Assembly (NCBI RefSeq): GCF_009914755.1
Contig: NC_060932.1
Reading direction: 5' to 3' (one strand)
DNA length: 64,000 nucleotides
Origin: the human T2T-CHM13v2.0 reference genome, Homo sapiens
Shown: positions 60,179 through 64,000 of the stretch, one piece after another
Numbering within the stretch: the first letter of the stretch is position 1
Layout: every line of letters starts with the position of its first letter
Made by a program: the position numbers and the translations under genes
Notes under the pieces: model-generated
Told to the model about the DNA's origin: nothing
Seen by the model: the letters and a program-made list of their open reading frames with translations, nothing else
Database searches by the model: none

Positions 60179-60909
60179 ACATTTTCTTAATCCAGTCTAT
60201 CATTGTTGGACATTTGGGTTGGTTCCAAGTCTTTGCTATTGTGAATAATGCCGCAGTAAACATACGTGTGCATGTGTCTTTATAGCAGCATGAATTATAG
60301 TCCTTTGGGTATATACCCAGTAATGGGATGGCTGGGTCAAATGGTACTTCTAGTTCTAGATCCCTGAGGAATCGCCACACTGACTTCCACAACGGTTGAA
60401 CTAGTTTACCGTCCCACCAACAGTGTAAAAGTGTTCCTATTTCTCCACATCCTCTCCAGCACCTGTTGTTTCCTGACGTTTTAATGATTGCCATTCTAAC
60501 TGGTGTGAGATGGTATCTCATTGTGGTTTTGATTTGCATTTCTCTGATGGCCAGTGATGATGAGCAGCCATAAAAAATGATGAGTTCATGTCCTTTGTAG
60601 GGACATGGATGAAATTGGAAATCATCATTCTCAGTAAACTATCGCAAGAACAAAAAACCAAACACCGCATATTCTCACTCATAGGTGGGAATTGAACAAT
60701 GAGATCACATGGACACAGGAAGGGGAATATCACACTCTGGGGACTGTGGTGGGGTGGGGGAGGGGGGAGGGATAGCATTGGGAGATATACCTAATGCTAG
60801 ATGACGAGTTAGTGGGTGCAGCGCACCAGCATGGCACATGTATACATATGTAACTAACCTGCACAATGTGCACATGTACCCTAAAACTTAAAGTATAATA
60901 AAAAAAAAA
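60179..60909 (+). mobile_element. Young 5'-inverted L1PA2-type insertion
   Basis: Antisense ORF2 end at 60179-60566, sense 3' end at 60564-60909; gagatcacatgg, aatatcac, cattgggaga and GAG (non-Ta) diagnostics. Confidence 0.93.
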
Positions 60910-61175
60910 GAAGAATGAATATGGTTACAGAAGTGAAAGAATCTGTTTTATCAGATACAAGGTTTATTATAGAGCTGTAGTAATCAAAACAGTGCAGTGC
61001 TGGAAGTCTTGGTAAAAAAAAAAAAAAAAAGTGAAGTGAGGGAAGACATATTAGCTTCAGATAACCAGCAATAATACAGCCTATTTATCAGAGAAACAAA
61101 GAAAGCAGAATATGAAGGAATAATATCTTCAAAGTACTGAAAGAAAAGGATAGCCAATCTAAAATACCATACTTA

Positions 61176-61538
<363 letters not shown>

Positions 61539-62025
61539 TTAAGATCTTTTCAAAGAAGCAAAAATGAAGGAAATGTATCACCAGCAGAATTTGCACCAAT
61601 ACAAACGCTAAGAACAGTTCTTCAGTGCAGAAAGAAGATATGTTATATGGAAGCTCTGAAATGCAAGAATGAATAATAACATCAAAAAGAATAAATGTAC
61701 AGGTAAATGTAACATAATCTATAAAAATTATTTGATAGAGTTATCAAATAATGAGAACACACAGCTTTAGGAATGTGGACAAAATTTTTTAGTCAGCCAC
61801 ATGTGAAAGAAAACTTCTGCAGCCAATAAACATGTAAAAGTGTTAATCCTCATCAGTAATCAAGTAATGGAAATTGAAACCAAAATGACATGTCACTAAA
61901 CACTCATTAGAATATTAAAATTAAAAGGGAGACAGTAGCTAATTGTTGGTGAGATTGTGGAACAACAGGATCTCTCATACACAGATTTGGAAGTTAAAGT
62001 GTAGAATCATTTTGGAAAACAGTAT

Positions 62026-62588
62026 TGACAGAGCAGAAGCACCGTCATCTTGGACAAACACTGCCACTTTAAGTTCCAGCTCCCTTTGTAGTTTCATGCA
62101 TTTTAAGAAAATCCTTTCTCCTCTAACTACAAGCAGCCAGAAAGAGCAGACAGTAAAACACAGATAAGACAGCTCGGGCACAGAGGGAGGTTGGGGTAAG
62201 TCTCCTGGGTAACTGCCAAACTTCACCCTCATACAATACGCCCCAGTAAAACAGTGGGCCTTAATAAGCACATTCCTTTTTCTTTAGGTGCGCTAAGATA
62301 GGGAAGCTAAAAGCAGATTTAGGGGTATGCCTGTAACTGCAGAAAAATGTATGGGAACAAACACACAACTCTCCCTCCCAGATAAGCACAACAGAAAGAC
62401 ACAGAAGCAGTCCAAGCCTCTGATAAACTCTCCCACCCTGTATCCTTAAAAACTCTTAGTCTATAAGAGAGTGGGCCTCTTATCTAACTCGGCCAGAAGC
62501 TCCTCTCAAGTTTGTTTTCTCTAAAATAAACCTGTCTTGACTAGTGAGCCACCTTTCATGTTTCTTTCCTCTTTCTTTAATTCTTACA
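62026..62588 (+). mobile_element. ERV1 solo LTR (LTR19-like)
   Basis: TG...CA termini, 563 bp, perfect TSD AGTAT, AATAAA at ~62525; start TGACAGAGCAG..CATCTTGGACAA recalled from LTR19. Confidence 0.8.
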
Positions 62589-62773
62589 AGTATAACATTA
62601 TCAAAACTGAAGAGTGTCATGCTTTACGACCCAGCAATTCCATTTCTTTACAAATACCTAATAGAAATGTGAGCACGTGCACAACAGGAGACACATTCAA
62701 GAAGGTTCTTAGAAGCAATATTTGTAATACCCTAAACTGAAACAACCAAAATGCCCATCAACAATGACATGAT

Positions 62774-63190
62774 GTGGGCACCATGGCTCATGCCTGTAAT
62801 CCCAGAGCTTTGGGAGGCTGAGGTAGGAGGATTGCTTGAGGCCAGAAGTTTGAGACCAGCTTTGGCAGCATAGAGAGACCCTATCTCTAAGGAAAGGAAA
62901 GAAGAGCAGAGGAGAGGGGAGGAAAAGAGAGGAGAGGAGAGGAGAGGAGAGGAGAGGAGAGGAGAAGAGAGGAGAAGAGAGGAGAGGAGAAGAGAAAAAG
63001 CCAGGTGTGGTGGTGCTCACCTGTAGTCCTAGTTACTAAGAAGGCTGAGGCCGGAGGATGACTTGAGCCCAGGAGTTGGAGGTTACAGTGAGCTATGATT
63101 GCACCACTGCATTCCAACCTAGGTGACAGAGCAAGACCTGAGACCCTGTCTCTAAAAACAAGCAAACAAGCAAACAAACAAACAAAAAAA
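62774..63190 (+). mobile_element. AluJ with an expanded (GGAGA)n linker
   Basis: ggattgcttgaggccagaagtttg and gagctatgattgc J diagnostics; (AAAC)n tail; TSD gacatgat / gatatgat. Confidence 0.9.
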
Positions 63191-63238
63191 GATATGATAA
63201 CAAACCATGACCTAGTTGCACAAGAGAACAGTGTAGAT

Positions 63239-63410
63239 CAGGGATCAGGAAATTACAGCCTGTGGGTCAGATCTGGCCTACTATTTTTGTATACACATTT
63301 TATTGAAATACAGCCATGCTTATTTTACATATTGCCTATGGCTAATGGCCCTCAGGTCTGCAAATCCAAAAATGTTTACTGTCTTCTTTACGGGAAAAGT
63401 TTTCCAAAAT
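63239..63410. mobile_element. MER58A-like MITE
   Basis: acagcctgtgggtcagatctggcc...ttttattgaaatacagccatgc...aaaagttttcc. Confidence 0.7.
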
Positions 63411-63569
63411 AAACAAACTATGGCTACATTTGTTAACAAGTATGAATGTTACAAATAAACACTTGAGCAAAAGAAGCCAGACCAAAAAAATTACATAAAT
63501 ATTATGCTTTAAACCGTATTTCTGGTCTCCTTTCCCTACTTCTCCCAGAGTTTTTACCATGTTAAAATG

Positions 63570-64000
63570 TAACCCTGTTCTTCCAGTTTCCCCCTACAAA
63601 CATCTATGTTTCCACATCCAATTCATCAGAAATCTCATTGTGAACAACATTAAATATCCAGCCCCATGGCTCTACCATTCTGATTGAAGTCATCATCATC
63701 TCTCATGAGGATGATGATGTAACAACCTTCTCACTGATGTGTCTCTTTCTGCCCTTGGCCCTGTGCACAGCAGGCAGAGTAATTCTATTAAAAATCAAAT
63801 TTGCTTATGGTATTCCTCTACTCAAAACTCTTCACTGCCTTTCACTCTTATTCAGTACAAAAGCCAAAAGTTTCACTCTTACTAATGTGGCCTTTCTTTA
63901 TCTGGCTTTTGATTCCTTGCTGGCCTCATTTCCTACTACTCTCTCTCTGGCCAGGGTCTTCCTGGAACACACAAGTATTCTCCTGTCTCAGGACAACTGC
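63570..64000 (+). mobile_element. L2 fragment
   Basis: ccacatccaattcatcagaaatc...tcctctactcaaaactcttcactg...tcctggaacacac. Confidence 0.65.

Noticed and set aside
60179-60909. Active L1HS-Ta element
   Set aside because: Only ~0.7 kb long, and it carries GAG and aaagtataat rather than the Ta diagnostics.
62709-63177. ORFs with SSPLL repeats
   Set aside because: Antisense translation of the (GGAGA)n tract in an Alu.

Overview
Primate (most likely human) euchromatic, AT-rich, repeat-dense intergenic or deep-intronic DNA. I see no CpG island and no recognisable host protein-coding exon. The supplied ORFs that I can assign come from Alu, L1, ERV or microsatellite sequence; the rest look like chance ORFs. 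Contents: 17 Alus (one CpG-intact AluYa-lineage copy), a near-full-length decayed L1PB (~20.4-28.1 kb, minus strand), several L1M/L1MA/L1PA fragments, MaLR solo LTRs with intact TSDs, an LTR19-like solo LTR, a rearranged ERVL (LTR16/ERV3-16A3-like) relic, hAT and mariner MITEs, MIR/L2 relics and a tRNA-Ile(AAT) pseudogene. Main observations: (1) a young L1PA2-type insertion with a twin-priming inversion plus an apparent ~100-bp 3' transduction; (2) an unexplained ~45-bp-period array of TGACC-N15-GGTCA units with GGAAGT cores; (3) a 239-bp AT-rich fold-back with 50-bp arms; (4) an internally inverted ERVL provirus; (5) an elongated MADE1 hairpin of the miR-548 type. None is demonstrably a new biological system from sequence alone. 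Subfamily names come from recalled consensus sequences, boundaries of old repeats are approximate, and the genomic locus could not be identified.
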